Shown here piece by piece: positions 7,404-17,878 of a stretch of 64,000 nt of DNA. The notes under the pieces were generated by a model. The model was not told the DNA's origin, made no database searches, and worked only from the letters and a program-made list of their open reading frames with translations. The stretch is taken from the NCBI GenBank assembly GCA_017501645.1, contig JAFVWN010000060.1, positions 13,048-77,047 on the forward strand, given 5' to 3'. The first letter of the stretch is position 1, and the number at the start of each line of letters is the position of its first letter. Source of the DNA: Clostridia bacterium (lineage in GTDB: Bacteria; Bacillota; Clostridia; Christensenellales; UBA1242). The translations under genes and the position numbers were made by a program.

Positions 7404-9416
7404 CTATACAATCCTTTTGAACCATTTTTCAATTTCGCCTTTGCTAATTCTAATAGCAATAGGTCTTCCGTGTGGGCAAAATAGAGCAATTTTTTCTTTA
7501 CCCATTTGAGCAAATAAGTGATTGATTTCATTTTGAGATAAATCGTTTCCGCCCTTTATTGCACTTTTACAAGCTTTTTGCATTAAAAAGTCTTTGATAA
7601 GTTCGCTACTTTTTTTAGCAATATTTTTAGACTCTGCTAAAAATTCGCTAAAGAATACATCAAAGTTCATTTCGCTTACAAGAGCTGGAACTGCACTAAT
7701 TTTGTATGTGTTATCACCAAACTCCTCAATATCAAAACCAAGATTTTGCAAATGCTCAATGTTTTCAGCTAAGATGTTTGCTTCTAATGGGTTTAAAGAA
7801 AGAACATATGGGAAAAGTAAAGGTTGAATAACAATATTTTTGTTATCGTATTCTTTCTTTAGCCTATCATATAAAATTCTTTCGTGAGCTGCGTGTTGGT
7901 CGATAAAGAAAGCATCATTATCAACTTCAATTATAAGATAAGTGTTGAAGATTTTTCCTACTCTTTTTAAAGTTGGTAAAATATCAATTTTTTCTTGAGT
8001 TGTTTCAATTTTTTGAGGTTCTTTCTTTGCATTTTCATCATCTTGATAATCTTCGTCAACTTTTTCGTCTTTCTCTAAAAGTCTTTCAAGAAGCTTTGAA
8101 CCAAGACCAAATCCGTCTTTTACTGAATCTGTATTACTTGCAGAAATAATAGCTGTATCAATAATTGTTTTTTGATACTCTTGTTTTTCTTCTTGAGACA
8201 AACTTTTTGAATCAAAAGAGAATGGGTTTAAATTAACGCCGGCTTTATCTACTTTATGGGCTGGTTTTGGTTCGATTGTAAATACAGGTGTAGGCTTAGG
8301 AGTTTCTTTAGGTGTAGAAATTGTTATGTCTTCAAACTCCTCAAGACTTGTCATTTGTTGAATAATTGTTTGGTTTTTAAATTCTTCAGCTTGTTTATTA
8401 AGTTCTTTATCTTCAGCCATTGCTACATAATCCATAGAATCTAAAGCTCTTGAAACAGCTTCGAAGAACATACTGTATATTCTGCCTGAATTTTCAAAAC
8501 GAACATCAAGTTTGTTAGGATGAACATTTACATCAACAGTGTCTCCAGGCATATTTAGGTGAAGTACATAGAAAGGATATTTTCTTTTCATAAGCATTTC
8601 ACCATAAGCGTTTGTGACTGCTGTTGCAACTGTTTGGTTAATAACATATCTACCGTTTATTACAAGTGTTTGGTATGTTCTGTTAGGCTTGCTGTAACTA
8701 GGTCTACCAACAAATCCTGTAATTGTTAAACCGTCTCTTGAAAGAGATACGCTAAGGGTTTCTTGGACTGCACTTTTACCGTAAACACTATATATTGCCT
8801 CTTCTAAAGTTTTTCCGGTAGATGAAAAGATTGTCTTTCCGTCTGCAACATAAGTAAAGGCAATTTCTGGGTGTGCAAGAATAAATCTTGAAACAAGGTT
8901 TGTTATTTCTTGTTGCTCAGTTAGTGGCTTTTTAAGGAATTTTTGCCTTGCAGGAACGCAGTAAAAAAGTTCACTAACTATAGTGGTTGTTCCTTGTTTT
9001 GCGCCTGTTTCGTGTTCAGCAATAACCTTTCCTGCTTCAATGGTTATTGTGTTTGCTACAGTCTCGTTTTGTGCAAGGCTTGTCATAGTTACTTTAGAAA
9101 CGGCTGCAATAGAAGCAAGAGCTTCACCTCTAAAGCCCAAAGTTAAAATATTGTCAAGGTCATCAACTTTAGATATTTTACTTGTTGCGTGAGGTAAAAA
9201 TGCTGTTTTTAAAAATTCTTTTTCAATTCCGGAGCCATTATCAGCAACACGAATTTTATCAATTCCGCCACCATTAATTTCTATTTCAATATAAGTAGAA
9301 CCAGCGTCAATACTGTTTTCAACAAGCTCTTTTACTACAGATGCAGGTCTTTCAACAACTTCACCTGCAGCAATATAGTTGTATACACTACTGTCAAGGA
9401 CATTTATTTTTGCCAT
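7404..9416 (-). CDS. mutL: DNA mismatch repair protein MutL
   Basis: GHKL ATPase N-terminus (IAAGEVVERPASVVKELVENSIDA, DNGSGI) and C-terminal dimerisation domain. Confidence 0.95.
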   Translation of the reverse strand: MAKINVLDSSVYNYIAAGEVVERPASVVKELVENSIDAGSTYIEIEINGGGIDKIRVADNGSGIEKEFLKTAFLPHATSKISKVDDLDNILTLGFRGEALASIAAVSKVTMTSLAQNETVANTITIEAGKVIAEHETGAKQGTTTIVSELFYCVPARQKFLKKPLTEQQEITNLVSRFILAHPEIAFTYVADGKTIFSSTGKTLEEAIYSVYGKSAVQETLSVSLSRDGLTITGFVGRPSYSKPNRTYQTLVINGRYVINQTVATAVTNAYGEMLMKRKYPFYVLHLNMPGDTVDVNVHPNKLDVRFENSGRIYSMFFEAVSRALDSMDYVAMAEDKELNKQAEEFKNQTIIQQMTSLEEFEDITISTPKETPKPTPVFTIEPKPAHKVDKAGVNLNPFSFDSKSLSQEEKQEYQKTIIDTAIISASNTDSVKDGFGLGSKLLERLLEKDEKVDEDYQDDENAKKEPQKIETTQEKIDILPTLKRVGKIFNTYLIIEVDNDAFFIDQHAAHERILYDRLKKEYDNKNIVIQPLLFPYVLSLNPLEANILAENIEHLQNLGFDIEEFGDNTYKISAVPALVSEMNFDVFFSEFLAESKNIAKKSSELIKDFLMQKACKSAIKGGNDLSQNEINHLFAQMGKEKIALFCPHGRPIAIRISKGEIEKWFKRIV

Positions 9417-9433
9417 AAATTTCTCCTTTTAAT

Positions 9434-12049
9434 TTATTTTTTTACTTTATCTACAAGGTTTTGAAGTGTTCCAAAAGCCATAATTGGAGATATTGTATTC
9501 ATATCCATATCTCTTAAAATGTTGATTACTTCTACGCCGTTAGGACAGTAACTTTCTACATCTACAAAATTGCCGGATTCAATAGCTGCCTGACGATTGG
9601 CATCTTCTTGAACCTTAAGCACTTCTTTTGCTCTTACAACAAGTTCATCAGGAAGTCCTGCAAGTTTAGCAACTTCAATACCAAAGCTCTTATTTGCGCT
9701 TCCTCTTGCGATTTTATGTAAAAAGATAATTGAGTCATTAAGTTCTTTTACCATAACTCTATAGTTTTTAACACCATCAATATCACCTTCAAGTTCAGTA
9801 AGTTCGTGATAGTGAGTTGCAAAAAGGGTCTTTGCTTTTAAGTGTTTGCTTAGGTATTCCATAATCGCCCACGCAATACTGAGACCATCATAAGTAGAAG
9901 TACCTCTTCCTACTTCGTCAAGAATGATAAGACTCTTATCTGTTGCGTTGTTTAAAATATTTGCCACTTCTGTCATTTCAACCATAAATGTAGATTGACC
10001 AAAAGCTAAGTCATCACTTGCACCCACACGAGTAAATATTCTGTCAACAACACTTATTTCAGCCTCTCTTGCTGGGACAAAGCAACCAATATGAGCCATA
10101 AGTGTAATTATTGCAACCTGCCTCATATAAGTACTTTTACCCGCCATATTTGGACCAGTGATAAGCATAGTCCTGTTTTCGTCTTGGTCAAGTAAAGTGT
10201 CATTAGGGGCAAATGTTCCGCCATCTAGTAAAGATTCTACAACTGGGTGTCTTCCATCAACAATTTTAATATGAGAAATAGAACTGCTAATTACAGGTTT
10301 TGTGTAGTGATATTTTAAGCTTACAAGAGAGAAACTGAGCAAGCAGTCGATTATAGCAATAGCGTCTGCTGTTTCTAGCATTTCATTGATGTAAGAAGCT
10401 AGTGTGTCTTTAATTTGTTGGTAAAGTTTAGATTCAATTTTCAAAGCCTCATCAACACTTGTTAGAATTTTGTATTCCATCTCTTTAAGTTCAGGAGTTA
10501 TATATCTTTCACCTGTTGTGGTTGTTTGTTTGCGGATATAATTTTCAGGAACTTGAGATAGCCAAGAGTTTGTAACTTCGATATAGTAACCAAAGATTTT
10601 GTTATAACCGGTTTTTAAGTTCTTAATTCCTGTTTTTTCTTTTTCGTTTTGTTCAAGTTCGGCAAGCCATTGCTTTCCGTATTCGCCCATTGTTCTTGCT
10701 TGATCAAGTTCTGTACTAAAACCTTTTGCAATATAACCGCCATCTTTAAGAGACGATGAGCTTTCTGGGTTAATTGCAGAAATAAGCATATCAGCAAGTT
10801 CAGTAAGGTCTATGATTTTATTATTAGCATCTCTTAAAATTTTACTTTCTGTTTGAGAGAGGATGTTTTTTAGATATGGAATATTTTTAAGGGTTTCTGC
10901 CAAAGTGTAACACTCTTTAGGAAGAATAGTTCCGGCAGAGATTTTGCTACACTTTCTTTCAATATCTTGCATTGAGTTTAAAAGTTCATAGAGGTTATCT
11001 CTTAGCATTAATTTATTAGAAAGCTCCTCTACTCCATCAAGTCTTTCGTTTATAAGCCTTTCATCTCTTAAAGGTTGGTCAATAAAGAGTCTCATCTTTC
11101 TTGCACCCATAGGTGTTTTTGTATGGTCGAGAAGACCAAGAAGAGAGCCTCTTTTTCTTTTAAGACTCATACTTTCAACAAGTTCAAGATTTCTTCTGGT
11201 GTTGATATCTATATGAATATATCTGTCATCTTTGACAACGCCAAGTTTTTTAATGTTTGAAATAAATCTTTTTTGAGTTTCTTGCAAATATGCCAAAAGA
11301 CCTCCTGCAGAGCGGATAGCATATCTTTTGTCTTCAGCATCAAATACTTCAAGAGAGTGCACGCCAAATTGTTTTTTCAAAGTTTTTTCACACTTAGAAA
11401 AACTAAAAGCAGTCTCTTCGTACATATAAAAATCAGGAACAACACCAAGTCTTACGCAACCGAGTTGTTTTTGAATAGCAAGTGCACCATAGTTACAAAT
11501 AATTTCACTTGGTTTAATTCTAGAAAGGGTATCGTCAAGGTATTTTATGTACTCGTTTCCAGTATATTCACACATTTCCATAAGTCCTGTTGAAATGTCT
11601 GCCCAACAAATACCGATATTATTTTTATCGGCAAATACAGAGCAAAGGAAATTGTTTTTGTCTGCTTTTAGTACTTCATCCTCAAGAGCAGTTCCAGGTG
11701 TTGCAATTCTTACTATTCCTCTCTGGACTAAACCTTTAGAGGCTGAGGGGTCGCTAAGTTGTTCGCATATAGCAACCTTGTATCCTGCTTCTATCATTTT
11801 TGCAATATAGCTTTCGCTTGCGTGGTGAGGAATTCCGCACATAGGTGCTCTTTCTTCAATTCCGCAATCTTTACCTGTTAAGGTTAAGTCTAAAACTTTT
11901 GCACAAGTTTCTGCGTCTTCAAAAAACATTTCATAAAAGTCGCCTAAACGATAAAAAAGTATGGTATCACCAATTTTTTCTTTTGTTTCCACATAATGAG
12001 TCATCATTGGTGAAAGTTTTGATCTATCAGCAATGTCTTTAATATGCAT
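9434..12049 (-). CDS. mutS: DNA mismatch repair protein MutS
   Basis: TPMMTHY..FYRLGDFYE mismatch-binding N-terminus, GPNMAGKST Walker A, DEVGRGTSTYDG. Confidence 0.96.
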   Translation of the reverse strand: MHIKDIADRSKLSPMMTHYVETKEKIGDTILFYRLGDFYEMFFEDAETCAKVLDLTLTGKDCGIEERAPMCGIPHHASESYIAKMIEAGYKVAICEQLSDPSASKGLVQRGIVRIATPGTALEDEVLKADKNNFLCSVFADKNNIGICWADISTGLMEMCEYTGNEYIKYLDDTLSRIKPSEIICNYGALAIQKQLGCVRLGVVPDFYMYEETAFSFSKCEKTLKKQFGVHSLEVFDAEDKRYAIRSAGGLLAYLQETQKRFISNIKKLGVVKDDRYIHIDINTRRNLELVESMSLKRKRGSLLGLLDHTKTPMGARKMRLFIDQPLRDERLINERLDGVEELSNKLMLRDNLYELLNSMQDIERKCSKISAGTILPKECYTLAETLKNIPYLKNILSQTESKILRDANNKIIDLTELADMLISAINPESSSSLKDGGYIAKGFSTELDQARTMGEYGKQWLAELEQNEKEKTGIKNLKTGYNKIFGYYIEVTNSWLSQVPENYIRKQTTTTGERYITPELKEMEYKILTSVDEALKIESKLYQQIKDTLASYINEMLETADAIAIIDCLLSFSLVSLKYHYTKPVISSSISHIKIVDGRHPVVESLLDGGTFAPNDTLLDQDENRTMLITGPNMAGKSTYMRQVAIITLMAHIGCFVPAREAEISVVDRIFTRVGASDDLAFGQSTFMVEMTEVANILNNATDKSLIILDEVGRGTSTYDGLSIAWAIMEYLSKHLKAKTLFATHYHELTELEGDIDGVKNYRVMVKELNDSIIFLHKIARGSANKSFGIEVAKLAGLPDELVVRAKEVLKVQEDANRQAAIESGNFVDVESYCPNGVEVINILRDMDMNTISPIMAFGTLQNLVDKVKK

Positions 12050-12052
12050 AAT

Positions 12053-13384
12053 TTACTCCTTTACAATTTCTCCTGTAAGCACGGTTAATTTACTTGAAAG
12101 AACCTTTACTTTTACAAATTGACCAATCAAGCTTGAGTCACCTGCAAAATTTATATTTTTGTTTGTAAAAGTACTTCCTAGTAAAAAGCCTTTCTTTTTA
12201 GGGTGTATATCGGTTACGAGAACATCTACAGTCTTTCCAATGTATTTTTCAGCAATCTCAGTTGCCTTTTTGCTTTGAGAATCAATAAGTCTTCTTAATC
12301 TTTCTTTTTTGGTTGCAAGGTCAACCTGACCGTCTAGCTTTTCCGCAACAGTACCTCTTCTTTTGCTGTATATAAAAGTGAAGAGTTGAGCATAACCAAC
12401 TTCTTGAACCAGGCTAACAGTATCAAGAAAATCCTCTTCTGTTTCTGTTGGGAAACCAACAATAATATCACTAGAAAACTCAATGTCGGGGATTTTACTT
12501 TTAGCGTACTTGATTTTTTCTAAGTAAGCTTCCCTTGTGTATCTTCTGTTCATAAGTTTTAAAATTTGAGTACTGCCAGATTGAACAGGAAGATGCAAAT
12601 AGTGGAAAATGTGTTTAGATGAAGCAATTGTATCAATTACCTCAGTAGAGATGTCTTTTGGATGGCTAGTCATAAATGTAAGCCAGAAATCATAATTAAG
12701 ACTATCTAATTTTTGAAGAAGTTTTGCAAATGTACAATTTTCATCATTTAGGTCATTTCCGTAAGAGTTGACATTTTGACCAAGAAGTGTTATTTGTTTA
12801 TATCCTTGTTTTAAAAGCTCCTCTACCTCACTGACAACATCCTCAAGAGGTCGGCTAATTTCTCTGCCTCTAACATAAGGAACAATGCAGTAAGTACAGA
12901 AGTTGTTGCAACCGTACATAATATTAACCCAGGCGTTAACACCACTAGTTCTTTTCTTTGGCATTGTATCACGCTTAATGATATTCTCAACTTCAGTAAT
13001 ATCAACAACCTTCTTTTTTGTTGCTTTTCTTTTTTCAATAAAAGTTTTAAACTCTGCGATATTGTGAGTCCCGAAAATAATGTCTACAAAAGGAAATTTT
13101 TTCAAAATATTCTCCGGATAATTTTTTTGTTGAGACATACATCCGCAAATGGCAATTATAAGATTTTTATTTTCTTTTTTTAATTTCTTTAATTCACCAA
13201 TGTGGGCGTATATTTTTTGTTCTGCACTTTCTCTTATAGCGCAAGTATTAAAAAGAATAATGTCAGCCTCTTCTTCTTTCTCACAAGGAGTATATTTCAT
13301 ATCTTCCAAAATGCCCGCAAGTTTTTCGCTCTCGTGAACATTCATTTGACAACCATAAGTTTTAATTAAGTATTTCATATTCAT
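12053..13384 (-). CDS. miaB: tRNA-i6A37 methylthiotransferase MiaB
   Basis: TYGCQMN UPF0004 domain, radical SAM CNNFCTYC and C-terminal TRAM domain. Lies upstream of mutSL. Confidence 0.9.
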   Translation of the reverse strand: MNMKYLIKTYGCQMNVHESEKLAGILEDMKYTPCEKEEEADIILFNTCAIRESAEQKIYAHIGELKKLKKENKNLIIAICGCMSQQKNYPENILKKFPFVDIIFGTHNIAEFKTFIEKRKATKKKVVDITEVENIIKRDTMPKKRTSGVNAWVNIMYGCNNFCTYCIVPYVRGREISRPLEDVVSEVEELLKQGYKQITLLGQNVNSYGNDLNDENCTFAKLLQKLDSLNYDFWLTFMTSHPKDISTEVIDTIASSKHIFHYLHLPVQSGSTQILKLMNRRYTREAYLEKIKYAKSKIPDIEFSSDIIVGFPTETEEDFLDTVSLVQEVGYAQLFTFIYSKRRGTVAEKLDGQVDLATKKERLRRLIDSQSKKATEIAEKYIGKTVDVLVTDIHPKKKGFLLGSTFTNKNINFAGDSSLIGQFVKVKVLSSKLTVLTGEIVKE

Positions 13385-13523
13385 TCCTTCTTTTTGGTGA
13401 TTGGGGGCGGAAAAGCCACCTTAATAAATATATTTATTATTATACATATGTTAATTATTTTTTTCAACACAAATCGTCAAAGTTACATAGATTTTTTTAT
13501 TTTTGTACATACTACCCCTAGGT

Positions 13524-15782
13524 ATGTTTTATAAAGCAAAGAAAGTTTTTGGAAAAATTTGTTTAGTATTGTCGGCAATATTTTTTGTGTTGATAATGAG
13601 TTTTTTTGCTGTGTTTATAAAAACAACTGCGGGTGTTAAAATAGACAAAACAAAGCTTGCTTTAGGTCAAGAAATAAATCAAACGAAAGTGTATGACAAA
13701 AATGGAATAGAATTTGAAACAGAGGGTGTTTTTGATGGTAAAATTTATGTGAAAAGTGAAGATATTCCAAAGGTTGTAAAAAGTGCTTTTATAGCGGTTG
13801 AAGATAAGCGGTTTTTGAAGCATAACGGCGTTGATTATATTCGTGTTTTTGGTGCTGTTTTGAATAATATAAAAAGCAAAAAATTTTCTCAAGGAGCATC
13901 AACAATAACTCAACAACTTGCAAAAAATACACATTTAAATAATGAGAAAACTTTAACAAGAAAAATGAAAGAGATTAAGCTTGCTTATAAAATTGAAAAG
14001 GAGTTTTCTAAAGATGAAATATTAGAGCTTTACCTTAATAACATTTATTTTGGAAATGGTTGTTATGGTTTAGCTAAAGCATCAAAATTTTACTTTGATA
14101 AAAAAGTTGAAGACTTAACAATTGGAGAAACAGCAATGCTTGTTGGGGTTATAAATGCCCCATCCTATTATGACCCAATAACTAAACAGAATGAAGCTGA
14201 AAAAAGAAAAAAAGTTGTTCTAAAAGCAATGCTTAAAAACAAGGTTATAAATAATGCAGAATATATAAAAAGTGCAAAAACAAGAGAAAATATTGTAAAA
14301 ACAAGCTTAAAACAAGCAAATATTCATTTTGACTGCGTTTTAAGTGAGGTTTGCCAAAGGTTAAATATCAATAAAATGCAACTTAAAAATATGGGGCTAA
14401 AGATATATACAAGCATTGATAAAACTCTGCAATATGAAGTTGTAGATATGTTTTTAGGAAATGAATTTGTTTCAAAAAATCTTTCTAATGGAGAGATAAA
14501 AAAAGGTGTTTTTATTATTGATAACAAGACAAAAGGTGTTGTTTGTGCGGTATCTAATAAGGGTTTTAATCTTACAAAAAATAAAAGACAACCGGGTTCA
14601 ACTATAAAGCCGTTGCTTGTTTATGCCCCTGCTTTTGAAGATGGAATTTTGTATCCAGAAAGCATTATAATTGATGAAGAAATTAATATAAATGGCTATA
14701 GTCCAAATAATGCAAACAAAAGATTTTTAGGTGCTATTTCTGTTCGTGAATCTATTGAAAAATCACTTAATGTTCCAGCAGTAAAAACACTATCAAGATT
14801 GGGCGTTAAAAGAGGTAAAAATTTTGCAAAAAAATTAGGTATTGAATTCTCTAAAAACGATAATAATTTAGCGCTTGCTTTAGGTGGTATGACTGAGGGG
14901 ATAACAATAAAAAGTTTGGCGGATGCCTACTCTACTTTCGCTAATTTTGGCACATATGAAGAAAGTGGTTTTGTTGAAAAAATTATTAATTCAAATGGTC
15001 ATATTTTGTATGAGAAAAGTAGTGCTTCACAAGCTGTTATGGATGGAGCAACGGCGTACCTTGTGACAGATGTTTTAAAAGGTGTTGTTCAAAATGGAAC
15101 AGCAAAAAGGCTTTCAAGATTTGATTTTGATGTTGCAAGTAAAACAGGTACTGTTGGTCTTATAAACTCAAATAAAAATACAGATGCATATAGTGTGGTG
15201 TATACCACAAAACATACTATTGTTTGTTGGGTTGGAGTAACGGGTGTTGGCGAAGGAATGGACAGTATTATTAATGGTTCAACTTATCCAACAGAAATGA
15301 GTGGTATGGTTATGGATAGATTATATTCTGTTTCTACTCCTCAAGATTTTGTAGTTCCAGATAGTGTAATTTATAAAGAGATTGATATTCGTTCACTTTC
15401 AAAAAACAAGGTTGAACTTGCTCAAAGTCAAACTGAAAACAGGTATAAAATGAAGGCGATTTTTAATAAAAAACATATTCCAGAGATGAGTAATAACAAT
15501 AATTCTCATAAAACAAAACTGCAAATTTTAATGCAAGAAGGTGAAAAACCGTTGTTAAAATTTAAAACTGAGCCTTATAATGTGTATAATATCTATAGAA
15601 GAAATCTTTCAAATTATGAAGAAAAAATAGTCGCAGTAATTGAAGGTGACGGTCAAAATAAAAGCTTTTTAGACTCATCTACGGACTATCAAAACATATA
15701 TGAATATTTTATTGTGTCGCATTTGAAAGATGATAAAAATAATTTTCAAATCAGTAATAGTATAAAGGTTATGAGTTATTAA
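13524..15782 (+). CDS. class A penicillin-binding protein (glycosyltransferase/transpeptidase) with C-terminal extension
   Basis: EDKRF, GASTITQQL and RKMKE GT51 motifs, STIKP transpeptidase serine motif, KTGT. The start is uncertain: TTG at 13503 or ATG at 13524, with no clear RBS. Confidence 0.88.
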   Translation: MFYKAKKVFGKICLVLSAIFFVLIMSFFAVFIKTTAGVKIDKTKLALGQEINQTKVYDKNGIEFETEGVFDGKIYVKSEDIPKVVKSAFIAVEDKRFLKHNGVDYIRVFGAVLNNIKSKKFSQGASTITQQLAKNTHLNNEKTLTRKMKEIKLAYKIEKEFSKDEILELYLNNIYFGNGCYGLAKASKFYFDKKVEDLTIGETAMLVGVINAPSYYDPITKQNEAEKRKKVVLKAMLKNKVINNAEYIKSAKTRENIVKTSLKQANIHFDCVLSEVCQRLNINKMQLKNMGLKIYTSIDKTLQYEVVDMFLGNEFVSKNLSNGEIKKGVFIIDNKTKGVVCAVSNKGFNLTKNKRQPGSTIKPLLVYAPAFEDGILYPESIIIDEEININGYSPNNANKRFLGAISVRESIEKSLNVPAVKTLSRLGVKRGKNFAKKLGIEFSKNDNNLALALGGMTEGITIKSLADAYSTFANFGTYEESGFVEKIINSNGHILYEKSSASQAVMDGATAYLVTDVLKGVVQNGTAKRLSRFDFDVASKTGTVGLINSNKNTDAYSVVYTTKHTIVCWVGVTGVGEGMDSIINGSTYPTEMSGMVMDRLYSVSTPQDFVVPDSVIYKEIDIRSLSKNKVELAQSQTENRYKMKAIFNKKHIPEMSNNNNSHKTKLQILMQEGEKPLLKFKTEPYNVYNIYRRNLSNYEEKIVAVIEGDGQNKSFLDSSTDYQNIYEYFIVSHLKDDKNNFQISNSIKVMSY

Positions 15783-15789
15783 AATAAAA

Positions 15790-15820
15790 ATAGATGCTAT
15801 TTAATAGCATCTATTTTTTG
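15790..15820. terminator. bidirectional terminator between the PBP gene and the NADAR-like gene
   Basis: ATAGATGCTATT-TAATAGCATCTAT hairpin followed by TTTTTTG. Confidence 0.65.
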
Positions 15821-16428
15821 TTTGATTTTATATATGCTCTTAGAGAGTTTAATCTTTGTTCATATTCAAATCTTGTCAATACTGTTTGGTGTATATCTGT
15901 GTTACCAATATGGTGAAGAAGATATTTGTCTTCGGTAGAAATTAAGGCTCTTAAGTAAAGAGGATTTTTAATTGCTGATAGATATAACTCATCTAAAAAA
16001 TCTTGGTATTCTTCACTTTCCCTTGCCATTTCTTTTCCTTGCCAGTATAACCTTTGTGTTTTTGTCCAAACATCTAAAGTGTTTGCTCCTCTTGTGTGGT
16101 AAGCATCTATACCAGAGTATTTTAATACTAAGTTTTGTATTTTTTTATCTTTATATTTAATTCCCTGAAGAACACCTTCTATGCTCTTTACTTTTTTACC
16201 TCTAAAAGTAAATTCCATAGGGTAAAGATTTGATAGCATTCTTGAAAGATGTTCTTTTGAATTATAACTAATATTGATAAATGTTTCTCCTGAGAAATAT
16301 TTCTTTTCTTGGTCTTCAATAAGTTCATTATTAAAGTAAAAGTTGCCATCTTTTTCTATAATATCTTTATATTCAAATTCATAATTTTTTCTAAAGTTTT
16401 GATATTTTTTTATTTTTCTTTTATTCAT
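15811..16428 (-). CDS. NADAR-like (YbiA/DUF1768-type) protein
   Basis: 205 aa. LSNLYPMEFTFRGKKVKSIEGVLQGIKY resembles the NADAR FSNF...SxEHxxQxxK core, and LRALISTEDKYLLHH resembles the L..T....L.E segment. RBS AAGGGA lies 9 nt after the upstream gene. Confidence 0.5.
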   Translation of the reverse strand: MNKRKIKKYQNFRKNYEFEYKDIIEKDGNFYFNNELIEDQEKKYFSGETFINISYNSKEHLSRMLSNLYPMEFTFRGKKVKSIEGVLQGIKYKDKKIQNLVLKYSGIDAYHTRGANTLDVWTKTQRLYWQGKEMARESEEYQDFLDELYLSAIKNPLYLRALISTEDKYLLHHIGNTDIHQTVLTRFEYEQRLNSLRAYIKSNKK

Positions 16429-16437
16429 ACAAATCCC

Positions 16438-17322
16438 TTAATCAATATTTATAATTTCATATTCTTGAGAACCAAGTCCTAATCTTTCAGCCTCTTCAAC
16501 AATCAATATTGCGTGTTTTTCTTCCATTCTTTTTACTAATGAAGTCTTGCCTTTGTCTTTTGAGTTTACTATTTGGTCATAACAACATTTGTCGAGTGCT
16601 ACAGGGTCTAGACTTGCAAATATGCCAATGTCTTCCATTTCTGGTTTTGCAGGATTATTATTACAGTCGCAGTCAATTGAAAGATTATTTGCAACATTGA
16701 TGTAAACAATATTTTCTGGCTTAAAGTATGAAACTACACTTTGGCAAGCCTCTGCCATACTTTCAAGAAATGCGTCTTGGTTGTGAGAATAACTCCAAAA
16801 CTTTTGAAGGTCTGTTGTGTTCCCCCATGAATGTATTAACGCTTTACCATTTCTAGAAGCAAGCCCAATGCTCATATTTTTTAATGCTCCACCAAAACCG
16901 CCCATTTGATGTCCTTTAAAGTGAGAAAGCATTAACATAGAATTATATTTTTGAATGTTTGCGCCCACGAGGTTATAAGTAAGATGTTTGCCTCCAGTAA
17001 CTGAAATTTCTATCTCTCCGCTTTCATCAAGGATATCGCAAGGTGCAATATCAAAAAATCCGTGTTCCTTGATGGCTTTCCAATGTTCTTGTGGTTCAAA
17101 TCGTCTTCCTTTATAGGCGGTACAACATTCAACAATTGTTCCGTTAAGTTTATTTACAAGAGGTTTAATAAGAAGTGGAGACAAAAAATTGTGCCCTCCT
17201 GGCTCTCCTGTAGAAATTTTAACCGCAACCTTACCATTCAACGAAGTGTTAAGCGCTTCATATATTTTTGTTAAGCTGTCGGCTGTTATGTTTTTTGTGA
17301 AATATACTTTTGATTTATTCAT
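16438..17322 (-). CDS. DUF362 domain protein (no ferredoxin insert)
   Basis: 294 aa. Matches my recollection of DUF362 proteins: KVYFT.., VAVKISTGEPG, SHFKGHQMGGFGGALKNMSIG, IDCDC, FASLDPVALD, and C-terminal LGLGSQEYEI. Confidence 0.7.
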   Translation of the reverse strand: MNKSKVYFTKNITADSLTKIYEALNTSLNGKVAVKISTGEPGGHNFLSPLLIKPLVNKLNGTIVECCTAYKGRRFEPQEHWKAIKEHGFFDIAPCDILDESGEIEISVTGGKHLTYNLVGANIQKYNSMLMLSHFKGHQMGGFGGALKNMSIGLASRNGKALIHSWGNTTDLQKFWSYSHNQDAFLESMAEACQSVVSYFKPENIVYINVANNLSIDCDCNNNPAKPEMEDIGIFASLDPVALDKCCYDQIVNSKDKGKTSLVKRMEEKHAILIVEEAERLGLGSQEYEIINID

Positions 17323-17339
17323 AAAATCACCTCAAGTAA

Positions 17340-17368
17340 ATTATACACTTAATTACAAGTGTTGTAAA
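17340..17368 (-). promoter_or_regulatory. internal sigma-A-type promoter ahead of the DUF362 gene
   Basis: Minus strand TTTACA (17363-17368), 17 nt, TATAAT (17340-17345). The spacer carries the inverted repeat CACTT..AAGTG. Confidence 0.55.
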
Positions 17369-17392
17369 ATAAAAAAAGAAAGAGCTTGCAAA

Positions 17393-17878
17393 TTATTCGC
17401 TTGCCGGCTCTTCTTCTATTTCATTTGTAAGATTGTTGAACATTTCCATAAATAGAATCTCAACATTGGGATGATAACTTCCGCTATTACAAAAACAGAC
17501 TGTACACATTGGATAAAAATTAGATGGATTTTTATTAAAGGTAATAACAAATCTGTCTTTTAGTCTTTGTATTTCGAGATTGTTTGCTTCTTCTTTTGGC
17601 CTATCTTCACTAATCCAAGAAAAAGTATTATCTTCAAGAGTTTTATAATATTGATTATCTACTTTTTTTATTTCATCAAAGAGATTGTCTAAAATATTAT
17701 AAAAGTCATCAGTTTTATCTATTTCAAAATTAAATTTTGAGTCTCTACCTCTTGCAGTCCAATAAAGGTCAGTATTACCGCCTATTTCCATAGAAAATAC
17801 ATTTCCTTGATTATCGGTTATTTCAAGCATTGAAGAGCATCTATGAGGTATTGGTGGGAGTTTTATCTTTTTTATCAT
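17393..17878 (-). CDS. hypothetical protein, translationally coupled to the upstream ART-like gene
   Basis: 161 aa. Its ATG shares one nucleotide with the upstream TAA (TAATG at 17876-17880). I recognise no motifs. Acidic C-terminus. Confidence 0.7.
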   Translation of the reverse strand: MIKKIKLPPIPHRCSSMLEITDNQGNVFSMEIGGNTDLYWTARGRDSKFNFEIDKTDDFYNILDNLFDEIKKVDNQYYKTLEDNTFSWISEDRPKEEANNLEIQRLKDRFVITFNKNPSNFYPMCTVCFCNSGSYHPNVEILFMEMFNNLTNEIEEEPASE

